From Candidatus Obscuribacteraceae bacterium (GTDB lineage: Bacteria > Cyanobacteriota > Vampirovibrionia > Obscuribacterales > Obscuribacteraceae), in contig JBGASG010000002.1 of assembly GCA_044229845.1 (NCBI GenBank), forward strand, positions 1 to 64,000: a stretch of DNA of 64,000 bases, given 5' to 3'. This document shows, piece by piece, positions 50,495 through 60,153 of the stretch (its first letter is position 1; each line of letters opens with the position of its first letter). The translations under genes were made by a program, and so were the position numbers. The notes below the pieces were generated by a model. That model ran no database searches and was not told the DNA's origin. It saw only the letters and a list, made by a program, of their open reading frames with translations.

Positions 50495-52558
50495 ATGGCA
50501 GAGGTAGATACCGGCTCAAGGCCGGCCGTCCACAGAGAAGATGAACGCGTCCCAACATGGAACGAGTTCCGCGACACATCTCCTGCAAAAGCATTTTTCG
50601 ATGACACCTATAATGATGCGTTCCGTGCGTTGCTGAGGATCGCGCAGTCGAACATCACCTCGTCTGTAGGAAACCTGAACGAGCTGCACATCGGCGATTT
50701 CCTCAACGCGATGGCACCGCCGCAGACAGGCGACCCGCAGCATTTCGGCAATCCTCAGCAAGAACGAGAGCCCAACGACCCGGTACGCGACGGTCGCCCG
50801 ACGCATCCGAGTGAGCCACCGACAGGTCCCGGCGACACGCAGACGAATCCGCCCGGCCCGCAGACAACTCCGCCCGATGCGCCACCCGACGCGCCCATAA
50901 AGCCACCCGTCGCAGGCGATACAAACGATCGCCCCGGAACATCGACCGATGCGCCGGGGCAACCTGGCGCCTGCACCGTTCCCTATGACGGACCTCTTGA
51001 TCTGCGTCCCGATATCCTGCTGCAACGCATGATCCAGAACAACCGCAACGCTTCCCAATCGTTTGAGTACAACATCCATTCGCAAGGGTTCATCGGCACC
51101 ACTTTTGATTGGCTCAAGAACAACCTGGGCTCCAGCGGACAAGACCGCAGTTGGTACAACCCGCTGCGCTGGTGGTCGAACATTCTCGACTACGATTCGG
51201 GTTCGGATGCAACGCGAGAGCGCATCCGGCAAGAACGCGAAGCTCTTGATCGGGCGCAAACCAATTTGCAACACTGCGATATGCCCGGTTTCCAAAGAGA
51301 GATGGAGCCGATCACGATCGTCACACCGCAAGGCTATGTCTTCTCTCGCAGCATGCAAGACGCGCAACGCTACGATCAATCTCAGCAGCGCGGTGTCGAT
51401 GTGATAACAGATCTGGCGGTCATCGGCGCCATGCTGGCAACGCGCGGAGCCGGCGGCATCCCCGGACAGATGTTGCTCGCCGCCGTCGTCAAGGGAGGGC
51501 TCAAATATCTCGATGGACGCTACTTCTCACCGTCTGATCCATTCGCTGGTGCAGCGTTGATCGGCGGCATGGGAATTGGTCGACTGGCAGGCAATGCCAT
51601 CTCCGGATTGATCGGTCGACTCGGCGGTAGCGTAGGAGCGGGTCCGACCACCACCGCCATCCTTGCCAATCTGCTTGGATTCGGAACGGAAGGCGCCGTC
51701 GCCGGCGGCACGTACAACGGTGTTTCGACTTTCGGCAGCCTGTTCTTCGACTTCCGCAACTACACACCACTGCCGGAAATATTGCAGCGCTCAGCGGCTG
51801 CCACCGTTGACGGTGCCATGTGGGGATACATGTTGGGCTTCGTCACAAGTGCCGGTCTCCAGACACTTCGTGCGTTGACTCCGAGAGGAACGCCGACCCC
51901 GTTCAACATGGAACGCCCGGTCCTCGGTCAAACTGCAACGGAAACCAACATGGAGCTGCGGCGCATCCTCGGCATCCAAGACCCGGCATTGATGCGGACC
52001 GAGCTCAATACGTTTCTTCAACGGCGTGGTATGCCACCAATCAGCGATATCGAAATCGGACAACTCGGCGCCGGCACCGCAGGCATTTACTATCCCTACT
52101 CGAACTCAGTCGGTCTTAGCCGATTCTATCGCAACGCTGAAGTCCTCGGTCACGAATTGACGCACCACGAGCAGAACTACCTGCGCTTCAGGTTGCAGGC
52201 AGATGCAATGAATCTCGGTCCGACTGCGACGCAACAGCAAATGATCGACCTGTCGAGACGGCTGGGCATCGGCGTTGACGCCATTGAAGAGATGATGCGC
52301 GCGCGCAACGGCGTGCGTATGACGCCGGCGGAAGCCGCTCGCGCTCAGAGACTTCAACTGGCTGAGGAACGATATCCGACCAACGACTGGTATGGATTCA
52401 ACCCGAGGTACTGGTGGAATTTCATGGAACGCGAGGCCCGCCGTGTCGAGCGCATCATGCGCGCCTCTGCACCATATGGCGACCTGGCTGCGCGCGCCCT
52501 GACCTTCGGCATGGTGCAACATATCCGCTGGCGCGACCGCGAAACCCCGCGGCGCTGA
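50495..52558 (+). CDS. Toxin-like protein with Gly-rich hydrophobic region and C-terminal zincin domain
   Basis: AGIYYP...VLGHELTHHEQ (HExxH) and distal E in FMEREA; glycine-zipper segments; no signal peptide. Confidence 0.75.
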   Translation: MAEVDTGSRPAVHREDERVPTWNEFRDTSPAKAFFDDTYNDAFRALLRIAQSNITSSVGNLNELHIGDFLNAMAPPQTGDPQHFGNPQQEREPNDPVRDGRPTHPSEPPTGPGDTQTNPPGPQTTPPDAPPDAPIKPPVAGDTNDRPGTSTDAPGQPGACTVPYDGPLDLRPDILLQRMIQNNRNASQSFEYNIHSQGFIGTTFDWLKNNLGSSGQDRSWYNPLRWWSNILDYDSGSDATRERIRQEREALDRAQTNLQHCDMPGFQREMEPITIVTPQGYVFSRSMQDAQRYDQSQQRGVDVITDLAVIGAMLATRGAGGIPGQMLLAAVVKGGLKYLDGRYFSPSDPFAGAALIGGMGIGRLAGNAISGLIGRLGGSVGAGPTTTAILANLLGFGTEGAVAGGTYNGVSTFGSLFFDFRNYTPLPEILQRSAAATVDGAMWGYMLGFVTSAGLQTLRALTPRGTPTPFNMERPVLGQTATETNMELRRILGIQDPALMRTELNTFLQRRGMPPISDIEIGQLGAGTAGIYYPYSNSVGLSRFYRNAEVLGHELTHHEQNYLRFRLQADAMNLGPTATQQQMIDLSRRLGIGVDAIEEMMRARNGVRMTPAEAARAQRLQLAEERYPTNDWYGFNPRYWWNFMEREARRVERIMRASAPYGDLAARALTFGMVQHIRWRDRETPRR

Positions 52559-52649
52559 AACATACACAAATTGTTCACGAGTCTGTCCGAACTAATTCGG
52601 GTGTCTGCTGATACATTGCCGGCATTACCAGCAGTTGACTCGTTGTTTC

Positions 52650-54275
52650 ATGACTGGATTCGACCGACCAGAACCGCCTGCATCGGAAGAAACGCTTGCG
52701 CGCGACCGGCTCATGTCCGACGTGTCGGCACCGAATGCGCCGGACGCACTTAGATCCGCACCGAATGCGGTGGGTATCGAATGGAAGCTGCCGGCTCTGG
52801 AGCTTGTAGACCCCGCCGCGTGGACAGTCGCAGTAGACCTGACATCAGATTTGATTCTGCCTGACGGCACTGATGTCGGTGGGCACCACGAGTTGTCCAA
52901 GTTGGAGCAACTGGTGGAAGCGAGTAAGGGACAACCGGACGTCGCCATCGCTGTACAAGTTGCGGACAGCCGCTCCCGAGAGCAACTGCCGACCAACGGC
53001 ACGGGTCAGCAGCAAGACGTGCAACTGGACCGGTACATCATCCGCGACGGACAACTCACTAAAGTTGAAACTGTCGATTCCCAAGGGATACAAGAGAACC
53101 AGACGGGATTACTGCAATTCGCCACTCAGTTCGCGCCGTCCGATCACATCGGTCTTGTAATTCAATCACATGGAGGCGGCGCCGATGGATTGGTTGGTGG
53201 CACCGGTGCAGAAACATTGGCTCAGCTGAATGCAGCAGTCAAAACCGGACTGGGCGGCAGCGGGCACGAGCGCCTGGACTTGCTGGACTTCGATGCCTGC
53301 TCGATGGCATCTGCCGCCACCCTGGGTGCCGTCAAAGATGTCGCCGATCAAGTCGTCGCATCGAAGCTTCGAGAGCGTGCCAGCAAAAATTTCGATGGAC
53401 AGAATCTAAATGCAATCCTGACCAATCTGTTGCAAAACCCACAGCTCAGCCCGGAGGATCTGGCGAAGACATTCGTGCAGCGAGCCAACGAGGGCGTCAC
53501 ACCGGAAGTGCTCCAGGGCGATCCGTTCAAACACGCCGGCGCGGATGTTCTATCAAGCTATGACTCCAGTCAGTATGGTCAATTCAGCAACGCATTGAAT
53601 GCCCTGGGCGTGCAGCTGACACATGCCGTGACTCAGGATGCGGCCGCACGATCCGAGATCGAGCAACTGATTGACGAGACCAGCGAGCTTCCGGGTGGTC
53701 AGAACTTTCCTGAGCGACGAGACTTGAGGGAATTTGTCCAGTCGGTTAAAGCGGCCTCCGACAGCGGCGAATTGCGCGACGATGACGGAGCGATATCGCG
53801 CGCAGCCACGCAACTGCTCGATGCACAGGCAAACCTGACGGTCGACACGCAAACAGTCAACGCCGCAGGTTATGACCAACTTGGTGGCATGTATGTTTTC
53901 TTGCCGGTGCAGGCGGTCCGAGAAGGCAGCGTGGACGGTCCCGATGGGTTGCATCACCTGGAGCAAATCGCTAACAGGGAACCGCGAGATAGAAACCAGA
54001 CAGTCGAGGCGCTCGAGATTATTTCGAATGAGATTGCTGGGAAGCTTTCGGATGGCGCACTTCAACAATTCCAGCCAGTGATCGATGCTGTGAACACAAT
54101 CAAGAACGCGAAGAGCGATGCTGACTTCCGGGACGCTCTGCATGCACTGGGCACTGTGGTGAAGCCACTGCTCGCATCCGACGTCGAGCGAGAGCTGATC
54201 AACAACCTCATCCATAGAGAAGACGTTCCACAAGCTGATCAATGGAACGAATTTACGCATGTGTTTGGCGCATGA
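52650..54275 (+). CDS. Clostripain-like (C11) cysteine peptidase
   Basis: LVIQSHGGG (His) and LLDFDACSMA (Cys); no signal peptide. Confidence 0.85.
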   Translation: MTGFDRPEPPASEETLARDRLMSDVSAPNAPDALRSAPNAVGIEWKLPALELVDPAAWTVAVDLTSDLILPDGTDVGGHHELSKLEQLVEASKGQPDVAIAVQVADSRSREQLPTNGTGQQQDVQLDRYIIRDGQLTKVETVDSQGIQENQTGLLQFATQFAPSDHIGLVIQSHGGGADGLVGGTGAETLAQLNAAVKTGLGGSGHERLDLLDFDACSMASAATLGAVKDVADQVVASKLRERASKNFDGQNLNAILTNLLQNPQLSPEDLAKTFVQRANEGVTPEVLQGDPFKHAGADVLSSYDSSQYGQFSNALNALGVQLTHAVTQDAAARSEIEQLIDETSELPGGQNFPERRDLREFVQSVKAASDSGELRDDDGAISRAATQLLDAQANLTVDTQTVNAAGYDQLGGMYVFLPVQAVREGSVDGPDGLHHLEQIANREPRDRNQTVEALEIISNEIAGKLSDGALQQFQPVIDAVNTIKNAKSDADFRDALHALGTVVKPLLASDVERELINNLIHREDVPQADQWNEFTHVFGA

Positions 54276-54336
54276 AACTTGCTCTACAGAAGCGCGTCTT
54301 TTGGTTTAGCGAGTATGAATAGCCGCAGGATGTGCG

Positions 54337-54957
54337 ATGCCCGTATGTAGCAAATTGATGCGTGTGTTTCTTGCCCTGATTGCTCTGCTTGCAGCGACCG
54401 CGTTGCTGCCAGTGCAACCAGGCAACGCATCGCACGCAGCCGGTGCTGCCGACGAATGGTACAGCCGGCTGCGAGTCACAAAGGTCTCGCCAGATCTGTA
54501 TTACGGACGGCAGCCCCGCGAAGAAGACTTTGCTGAGCTGAAGCGGCTAGGCATCAAAACTGTGATCAGCACGCGGTTAAATGGGCACCGATCTGATGAA
54601 GATGCCGAGCAGTGCAAACGCGTAGGTCTGCAACACGTGCATCTGCCGGTAGGTTTCTTCATTCCACCGGACCATGAAATGGCAGAGTTTCTACAGATCG
54701 TCACCGATCCCAAATATGCGCCCGTCTATATTCATTGCCAGGGTGCGTGGCACCGCGCCCCGCTGTTCGCGTGCCTCTACAGGATTAAAGTGCAAGGCTG
54801 GAGCTATGAGAGAGCCTACGCCGAACTGATTTCCTACGGACACTTCAAACCGTGGTTCTTCCGCAACCTGCAACACGGTCTGGAACTGGCGGCGGGTCGC
54901 CGAGAAGCGACACACCATCACATCGTCTCCGAAGCTTCGGCAAGAAGTGCGCAATAA
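54337..54957 (+). CDS. Exported DSP/PTP-like phosphatase
   Basis: GRQP, LGIKTVI, PVYIHCQGAWHR (CX5R); signal peptide. Confidence 0.85.
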   Translation: MPVCSKLMRVFLALIALLAATALLPVQPGNASHAAGAADEWYSRLRVTKVSPDLYYGRQPREEDFAELKRLGIKTVISTRLNGHRSDEDAEQCKRVGLQHVHLPVGFFIPPDHEMAEFLQIVTDPKYAPVYIHCQGAWHRAPLFACLYRIKVQGWSYERAYAELISYGHFKPWFFRNLQHGLELAAGRREATHHHIVSEASARSAQ

Positions 54958-55089
54958 CGCACCGACAACCCACCGGCTTATTGCTATTCTTCAAGCATCC
55001 TCCGTAACACCTTCGTCACTGCATTTTTGTGGTGTGGTATGTCGCGCGCGCCCCTAGCCGCTTACACGCCGCCTACAGGAAGCTTTACT

Positions 55090-57492
55090 ATGACTACAAA
55101 ACCGACCGACGCGCCCCTGACTGGCGGCGCGAAACAGGCCGATTCCCCTCAACTCAATCTAGTTGACCTGTCTGCGACAGCCGATAATTTAGCCCTGCCG
55201 GATGCTCCGCCCCGCGCCGCGGAATCCTCGCGGCTGATGCCCGGAGCGGACGTGGCAAGCGATGGCTCGATCACGTTCACGCCCGACACCAGCATGTCCG
55301 CAGAAAAGCCAGACAAGCCCAGAGTCGTTAAAGACGACAAGGGACACGTCACTGAAGTCAATTACCCCGACGGCTCCGCGCGTCGATTCGGCTACGCCGA
55401 CGACGGCACCGTCAATCGCGTCCAGGAGCCAGACGGTCGCGTTTTCGTGCTAAAAGACGGCAAATGGGAAGAAACCGAAAACAGCAAACATCGTCCCGGC
55501 GGGGCACCGCCTGGACAGGGCGGTCCCTCTAATAAACCGGAAAATCACGACCCGCCATTCGTCTCCATTTCAGTTGCAGACGACGGAACAGTCAGCTACA
55601 AGACGAAGGACGGGTGTGATGTCCGCGACTACCCGGACGGCTCAAGCGATACCCGCAACGAGAAATCCGGCTACATCGTGCATAAAGATACGGATAATTC
55701 AGTGGACTTTGTCATCACGGGCGCCGGCGACATGGTCATCGTACACCGCGACGCCAACGGCAGGCCCGACAAAGTCACGCTCGACATGATGCACACCTAT
55801 CATCTGGAAAACGGCAAATGGGTGACGGCCGACGGCAGTCCTGCACCAGTCAGTGAACTGGAAGTGTGGAACGACGGCACAATTACTTACGTCGACGGCG
55901 CCACTGGTGCCTGGGTCTCCAAGCGTCCTGATGGAACCAAAGCCGTCAGGCAAGGAAACGGCGATCGCATCGAAACCAACGCGCGTGGTCAGGTCGTCGA
56001 AACTCAATCCGGCAACTTTCAGATAAACAGAAAGTTCACCTATGACGACCAGGGCAACCTCACCGCCGTCATCAGCGACGACGGGTCAAAGATAGAAAAG
56101 GATGCCGACGGCAACTGGCACGACAAAGACGGCAACGAAATTGAAAACGTAACGGTAGATGCGGACGGCACCATCCACTACGTGAATGATGACGACAAGT
56201 TGGTGACGCTCAAAGTCGATGGCAGCACCACGACCACTTCGATGGACGCAGACGACATCGAAGACCTGGCGCACCAGATTGGTGTCGCCGGTGACATGCC
56301 GTCGATGCTCAAGTACCAGCAACTCGACGAAATCAAAGATCAGCTCGAAGACATGTCGCCAGCCGATCGACTGGCGCTGGAGAAAGCATACGAAGCGCGC
56401 TACGGCAGGAAACTCACCGACGACCTCAAGGAAAACTTCGGTGCAGACAACGTCGCGGATGTCGTCAAAGATCTGGAAGTCGCGCGGCTGCTCGACGACG
56501 CTCGCCAGCGCATGAGTGACTCCGAGTACCAGCAATTCGTTACTGACCTGAACAAGTTTTTGCAACGCGCCAAGACAGACGGGATCAGTGACCAGCAAAT
56601 AGGCGACACGCTCGACGCGTTCGACAAATTGTTGACCGAACCGCAAGCGAAATTAGATGCGAAGCAGCGCAAAGGACTGGCGCTACAAATGATGGGTTTC
56701 GCCGCTGACCCGAGCAGCATCGATCAAGGGAGCCACGGAACATGCGCCGCGAACGATGTGGAAGTGATCACGTGGACGCGGCATCCAGAGAATGCCGCCG
56801 GGTTGATCGCGCAAGTCGCTATCGAAGGCAAGTACACCGCCACCGATGGCCACGAGGTTATGGTGCCACCAGAGAATCTGATTCCGCAACCCGGAACCGA
56901 AGGTCGAACCAACACCGACCAGCGCATGTTTGCATCGCAGATTTTCCAGGCGACAGTACTGTGCGACATCGGTTCCCGACGCGAGCCACCGGTGTACTAC
57001 AAACAGGGACAGCCGTCACCAGGCAACAGCAACGGCGAGTACTGGGTCGATGAAAACGGCAAGGAAGTCGGGCCCTTCAAAGGACTGGTTCCGCGTGATA
57101 CCGTCGATGAATTGCTGCGACTCAACGATGATGAAGGGCAGTATTTCATTTACTCCGACTCGTGGGGAACCAGCCATGTCATCACATTCAACAGTGAAGA
57201 AGAACTGCGCGAAGAGTTGGCGGAAGCCAAGGAAGACGGACAGTTCCCGATCATCATTCACGTTTGCTCCGATGATAAGTTGTTCAATCCGTCGGCGAAG
57301 CCCGGCGATTTCAAGAAACGCGACCACGTCGTCGTAATTGATGACTACAACCCGGAGACCGGTCAAGTGAGGATCGACAACAGCTGGGGCGATGAAGATG
57401 ACAAATGGGTCGACGTAGCGGATCTATATCAAGCGACGGTTCCCTACACGCCACCACCTAAGGACCAGAACTACAATCGACCAGCCGCTTGA
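55090..57492 (+). CDS. YD-like repeats, annexin-like repeat and papain/calpain-like peptidase
   Basis: GHVTEVNYPDGS...FGY and FTYDDQGNL repeats; YEARYGRKLTDDL; DQG..GTC / DHVV / DNSWG triad; AGGA RBS. Confidence 0.85.
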   Translation: MTTKPTDAPLTGGAKQADSPQLNLVDLSATADNLALPDAPPRAAESSRLMPGADVASDGSITFTPDTSMSAEKPDKPRVVKDDKGHVTEVNYPDGSARRFGYADDGTVNRVQEPDGRVFVLKDGKWEETENSKHRPGGAPPGQGGPSNKPENHDPPFVSISVADDGTVSYKTKDGCDVRDYPDGSSDTRNEKSGYIVHKDTDNSVDFVITGAGDMVIVHRDANGRPDKVTLDMMHTYHLENGKWVTADGSPAPVSELEVWNDGTITYVDGATGAWVSKRPDGTKAVRQGNGDRIETNARGQVVETQSGNFQINRKFTYDDQGNLTAVISDDGSKIEKDADGNWHDKDGNEIENVTVDADGTIHYVNDDDKLVTLKVDGSTTTTSMDADDIEDLAHQIGVAGDMPSMLKYQQLDEIKDQLEDMSPADRLALEKAYEARYGRKLTDDLKENFGADNVADVVKDLEVARLLDDARQRMSDSEYQQFVTDLNKFLQRAKTDGISDQQIGDTLDAFDKLLTEPQAKLDAKQRKGLALQMMGFAADPSSIDQGSHGTCAANDVEVITWTRHPENAAGLIAQVAIEGKYTATDGHEVMVPPENLIPQPGTEGRTNTDQRMFASQIFQATVLCDIGSRREPPVYYKQGQPSPGNSNGEYWVDENGKEVGPFKGLVPRDTVDELLRLNDDEGQYFIYSDSWGTSHVITFNSEEELREELAEAKEDGQFPIIIHVCSDDKLFNPSAKPGDFKKRDHVVVIDDYNPETGQVRIDNSWGDEDDKWVDVADLYQATVPYTPPPKDQNYNRPAA

Positions 57493-57776
57493 CGGGTTCC
57501 CGCCATGAGCGGACCATCGACCGCTGGTCATGGCGTCGACTCTGGGTCTCGGGGTACCCGAACCAGATTAGTTTTCGAAGATCAGCGAAATTCGAGTTGC
57601 CAACCTATTGATTAATGCACATGTCCAAGATATCTTCTTTCAGGTATGACATGTCGGATTCCATCCCGATTACCAACCGAGCGCGGGGCGACTTCTGTCT
57701 GCCACCATACACTCTCGATGCATTCCGCCGCCGACACCGGAAAGACATCGACAGCGACTGCAACATTGAGGTGATC

Positions 57777-57974
57777 ATGGCTTGTCAAACTTGTAATGGC
57801 AGTGGACATTGTCGAACTTGTGCTGGTCAAGGCAAATTTCGCTGCAGCGCGTGCAATGGAACTGGTAAGTCGGGTGCTGAGGCATGCGCTTCCTGTGAAG
57901 GGAAAGGTAACTCTGATTGCTCCATATGTGGTGGCACTGGCACTTGTAAGGTCTGCAACGGTTCGGGCGACTAG
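57777..57974 (+). CDS. DnaJ-type CxxCxGxG zinc-finger mini-protein (65 aa)
   Basis: Six CxxCxGxG motifs; GAGGTG RBS. Confidence 0.85.
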   Translation: MACQTCNGSGHCRTCAGQGKFRCSACNGTGKSGAEACASCEGKGNSDCSICGGTGTCKVCNGSGD

Positions 57975-57982
57975 GAGGATAG

Positions 57983-58192
57983 ATGGCTACTTGTAATTCG
58001 TGTAACGGTTCTGGCTCCTGCCGCACTTGCGCTGGACAAGGAAGGTTCCGATGCAACAGTTGCAATGGAACTGGAAAATCGGGTGACGCTGACTGCTCTT
58101 CCTGCAATGGCGCCGGTAATTCACCTTGCAATATCTGCAATGAGAGTGGCAAATGCAGCACGTGTGAAGGCACTGGCAACGTAGGTGGTTAG
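57983..58192 (+). CDS. Second CxxCxGxG zinc-finger mini-protein (69 aa)
   Basis: Six CxxC motifs; AGGAGG RBS; collinear with the previous gene. Confidence 0.88.
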   Translation: MATCNSCNGSGSCRTCAGQGRFRCNSCNGTGKSGDADCSSCNGAGNSPCNICNESGKCSTCEGTGNVGG

Positions 58193-58200
58193 ATAAATCA

Positions 58201-58809
58201 ATGCAGGAACTGGAATTCATTAGACAGGTTTGTATAGGAGCTCTTGGACCGTTCGCTCAAGAGCTCTGGAAAAGAGTCTCTGGAAAGTTGGTCGATCGAG
58301 CCGAAGAAGAAATTTCAGACAAACTCATTAAACCGACAACCAAGGTTGAGAATTCGGTTGCTTCGGCCAAGGTGGCAGGCGCGGTGCAAGCTGAACTGAT
58401 GGTCGATGATCGCCACCCCAGTGACTCTGAGTGGCTATTAGCGACGGCGAAAGTTCTGAGCCCAACGTCGTGGAGAGTCCTCTTTTATCTGTACCACTCG
58501 TCATCAGCTCGAACGTGCGATGACATTCGCAAAGCTGTCTATCCCCAGATCAAAAGCCGATCAACCAACCTCATCAAAACACTTGATGCCGAATTTTCCT
58601 ACCGCCTAATGTGGCTATCCATTTTTTTCGGCCTCATCGATCGGAACGACGGTCCAGATGTCACAAACTACTCGATAACAGCGACAGGAACTTCGCTTAT
58701 TGATCGGCTTCAGCAAAAGGAACACAATGCTCTCTTCCTGGAGGAAGATTTTGCTGAACTCAAGGAAGTTGCATCTGGACTTTCAAGAAGGCGGCGCAGG
58801 GCAGATTAG
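58201..58809 (+). CDS. Hypothetical protein, possible winged-helix C-terminal domain
   Basis: 8 bp after the previous stop; LSP..W.VL..L...GLI...YSIT.TG pattern. Confidence 0.7.
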   Translation: MQELEFIRQVCIGALGPFAQELWKRVSGKLVDRAEEEISDKLIKPTTKVENSVASAKVAGAVQAELMVDDRHPSDSEWLLATAKVLSPTSWRVLFYLYHSSSARTCDDIRKAVYPQIKSRSTNLIKTLDAEFSYRLMWLSIFFGLIDRNDGPDVTNYSITATGTSLIDRLQQKEHNALFLEEDFAELKEVASGLSRRRRRAD

Positions 58810-59112
58810 ACCTGCTGACCTGCCCCCATATTTAGTGCCAATCTAATTTGAGAATTCGGCATTATTCTTGACTCTTGATTCATGGTAAACCGCATGGCTG
58901 CTGCGAAAGTCAGACGGCGTCTGGAAATCCAAAACTGGCGTCGTCTAAAATTAGACTCCTCGTTCCAGCTGCTCAATTCGAGAGGTAAGGACAGGAAAGT
59001 TGCGGCGGATTTTGGACCCCATTGGAATCGCACTCGCACCAACCAATTCCGACTGCGAAATTGCACAGCAGCCTTCTCTTAGGCGCCGGATATCTTGAAC
59101 GAGCGCAATCGA

Positions 59113-59532
59113 CTATCTATCGCTCAGCCTCACAAAATCGCCCACCTCAACGCGGTCGAATTCGTTCTGAGAAACGATAATTTCCTCAGTGGTGGTTGGA
59201 TTGGCCCATCCGATGCCGATATACGGCGTCGGATGAATGACCTTTTTCCTCACTTGCGTTTCCGGCTTCCGGTCGATGCTACGCAGGGTTGCCATTTTTG
59301 ACTGAACATGAATCACCTCACCCCTACCTCGGAGCAGCTCCAACCGTCCGAGCGACTTTCTTGAGACAGGATCTACTACATCCGGTCCAATCCCGAAAAC
59401 CAAGTACTTCTGCTTCAATTTGACACCGCTTTCTTGCCCAATGTTGATTACGATTTCCTGGATGGCTCCGTCTGGCGATTGTAAAATACTAGCAACTCGC
59501 CCTTGAGCAGCATGTTCCGACTTGTCAGTCAT
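59113..59532 (-). CDS. Hypothetical beta-barrel protein (FlgT C-terminal-like)
   Basis: IVINIG..SGV, DP.S..SLG, VEVGDFV motifs; ATGACTGA coupling with the upstream gene. Confidence 0.7.
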   Translation of the reverse strand: MTDKSEHAAQGRVASILQSPDGAIQEIVINIGQESGVKLKQKYLVFGIGPDVVDPVSRKSLGRLELLRGRGEVIHVQSKMATLRSIDRKPETQVRKKVIHPTPYIGIGWANPTTTEEIIVSQNEFDRVEVGDFVRLSDR

Positions 59533-60118
59533 CAGTTTCTTCTCCACTGGCTTCGATTGGCCTAGCTACTCTAGATTGACTCTCCCATATGTCGTGAGAG
59601 ATATTAGGCTTCACAACGATAGCTTCCAGCGCTTGCTTGTCATTCAACATTATCATGTCCCACGTGTTGGCCCTTTCTTGGAAGGCCACCGAAACAGTGA
59701 TTTGAATCAATCTTTCCTCCGGCTGGACGACCGAGACCCAACCGATCCCAATCTGCGTTTCAAATCGCTGCGCGTCTTTGTGAAACACGCTAACCATATC
59801 TCCCACCGAAAATAAGTCTGACTGCTCAAGCGCCAATACAAGGTAGGGAATCTTGTAGCTCTGAAGCACCCGGGGGAAGTGGCCCCTTTTAGACTCCTTT
59901 CGGGTAACCAATAGCAAATCCCAGAGGATAATTATGATACTGGTAAACCCAAAAACAAGAAAAATCGCCCCGAGGATAAGCCATCTAGCCTCAACGTGCA
60001 CCATTTTGCTCGGGTCGATAAGCATTGCCCAGAAAGCAAGTAGAAACGCCATATCGACGACAAGCGCTAGCTTGATTCTTTTGAGCGAGTCCCACAAGCT
60101 CGAAAGCAAATTCGGCAC
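59525..60118 (-). CDS. Hypothetical protein with two TM helices
   Basis: Two N-terminal hydrophobic helices followed by a beta-rich domain. Confidence 0.75.
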   Translation of the reverse strand: MPNLLSSLWDSLKRIKLALVVDMAFLLAFWAMLIDPSKMVHVEARWLILGAIFLVFGFTSIIIILWDLLLVTRKESKRGHFPRVLQSYKIPYLVLALEQSDLFSVGDMVSVFHKDAQRFETQIGIGWVSVVQPEERLIQITVSVAFQERANTWDMIMLNDKQALEAIVVKPNISHDIWESQSRVARPIEASGEETDD

Positions 60119-60153
60119 GTTCGTCTCAACAGCCTACAGTTGTGTAAGAGTCT

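Noticed and set aside
57615..57776. Leader peptide on the first zinc-finger protein (RiPP precursor idea)
   Set aside because: The RBS and the paralog support ATG 57777, and no radical SAM, YcaO or lanthipeptide enzyme is nearby.
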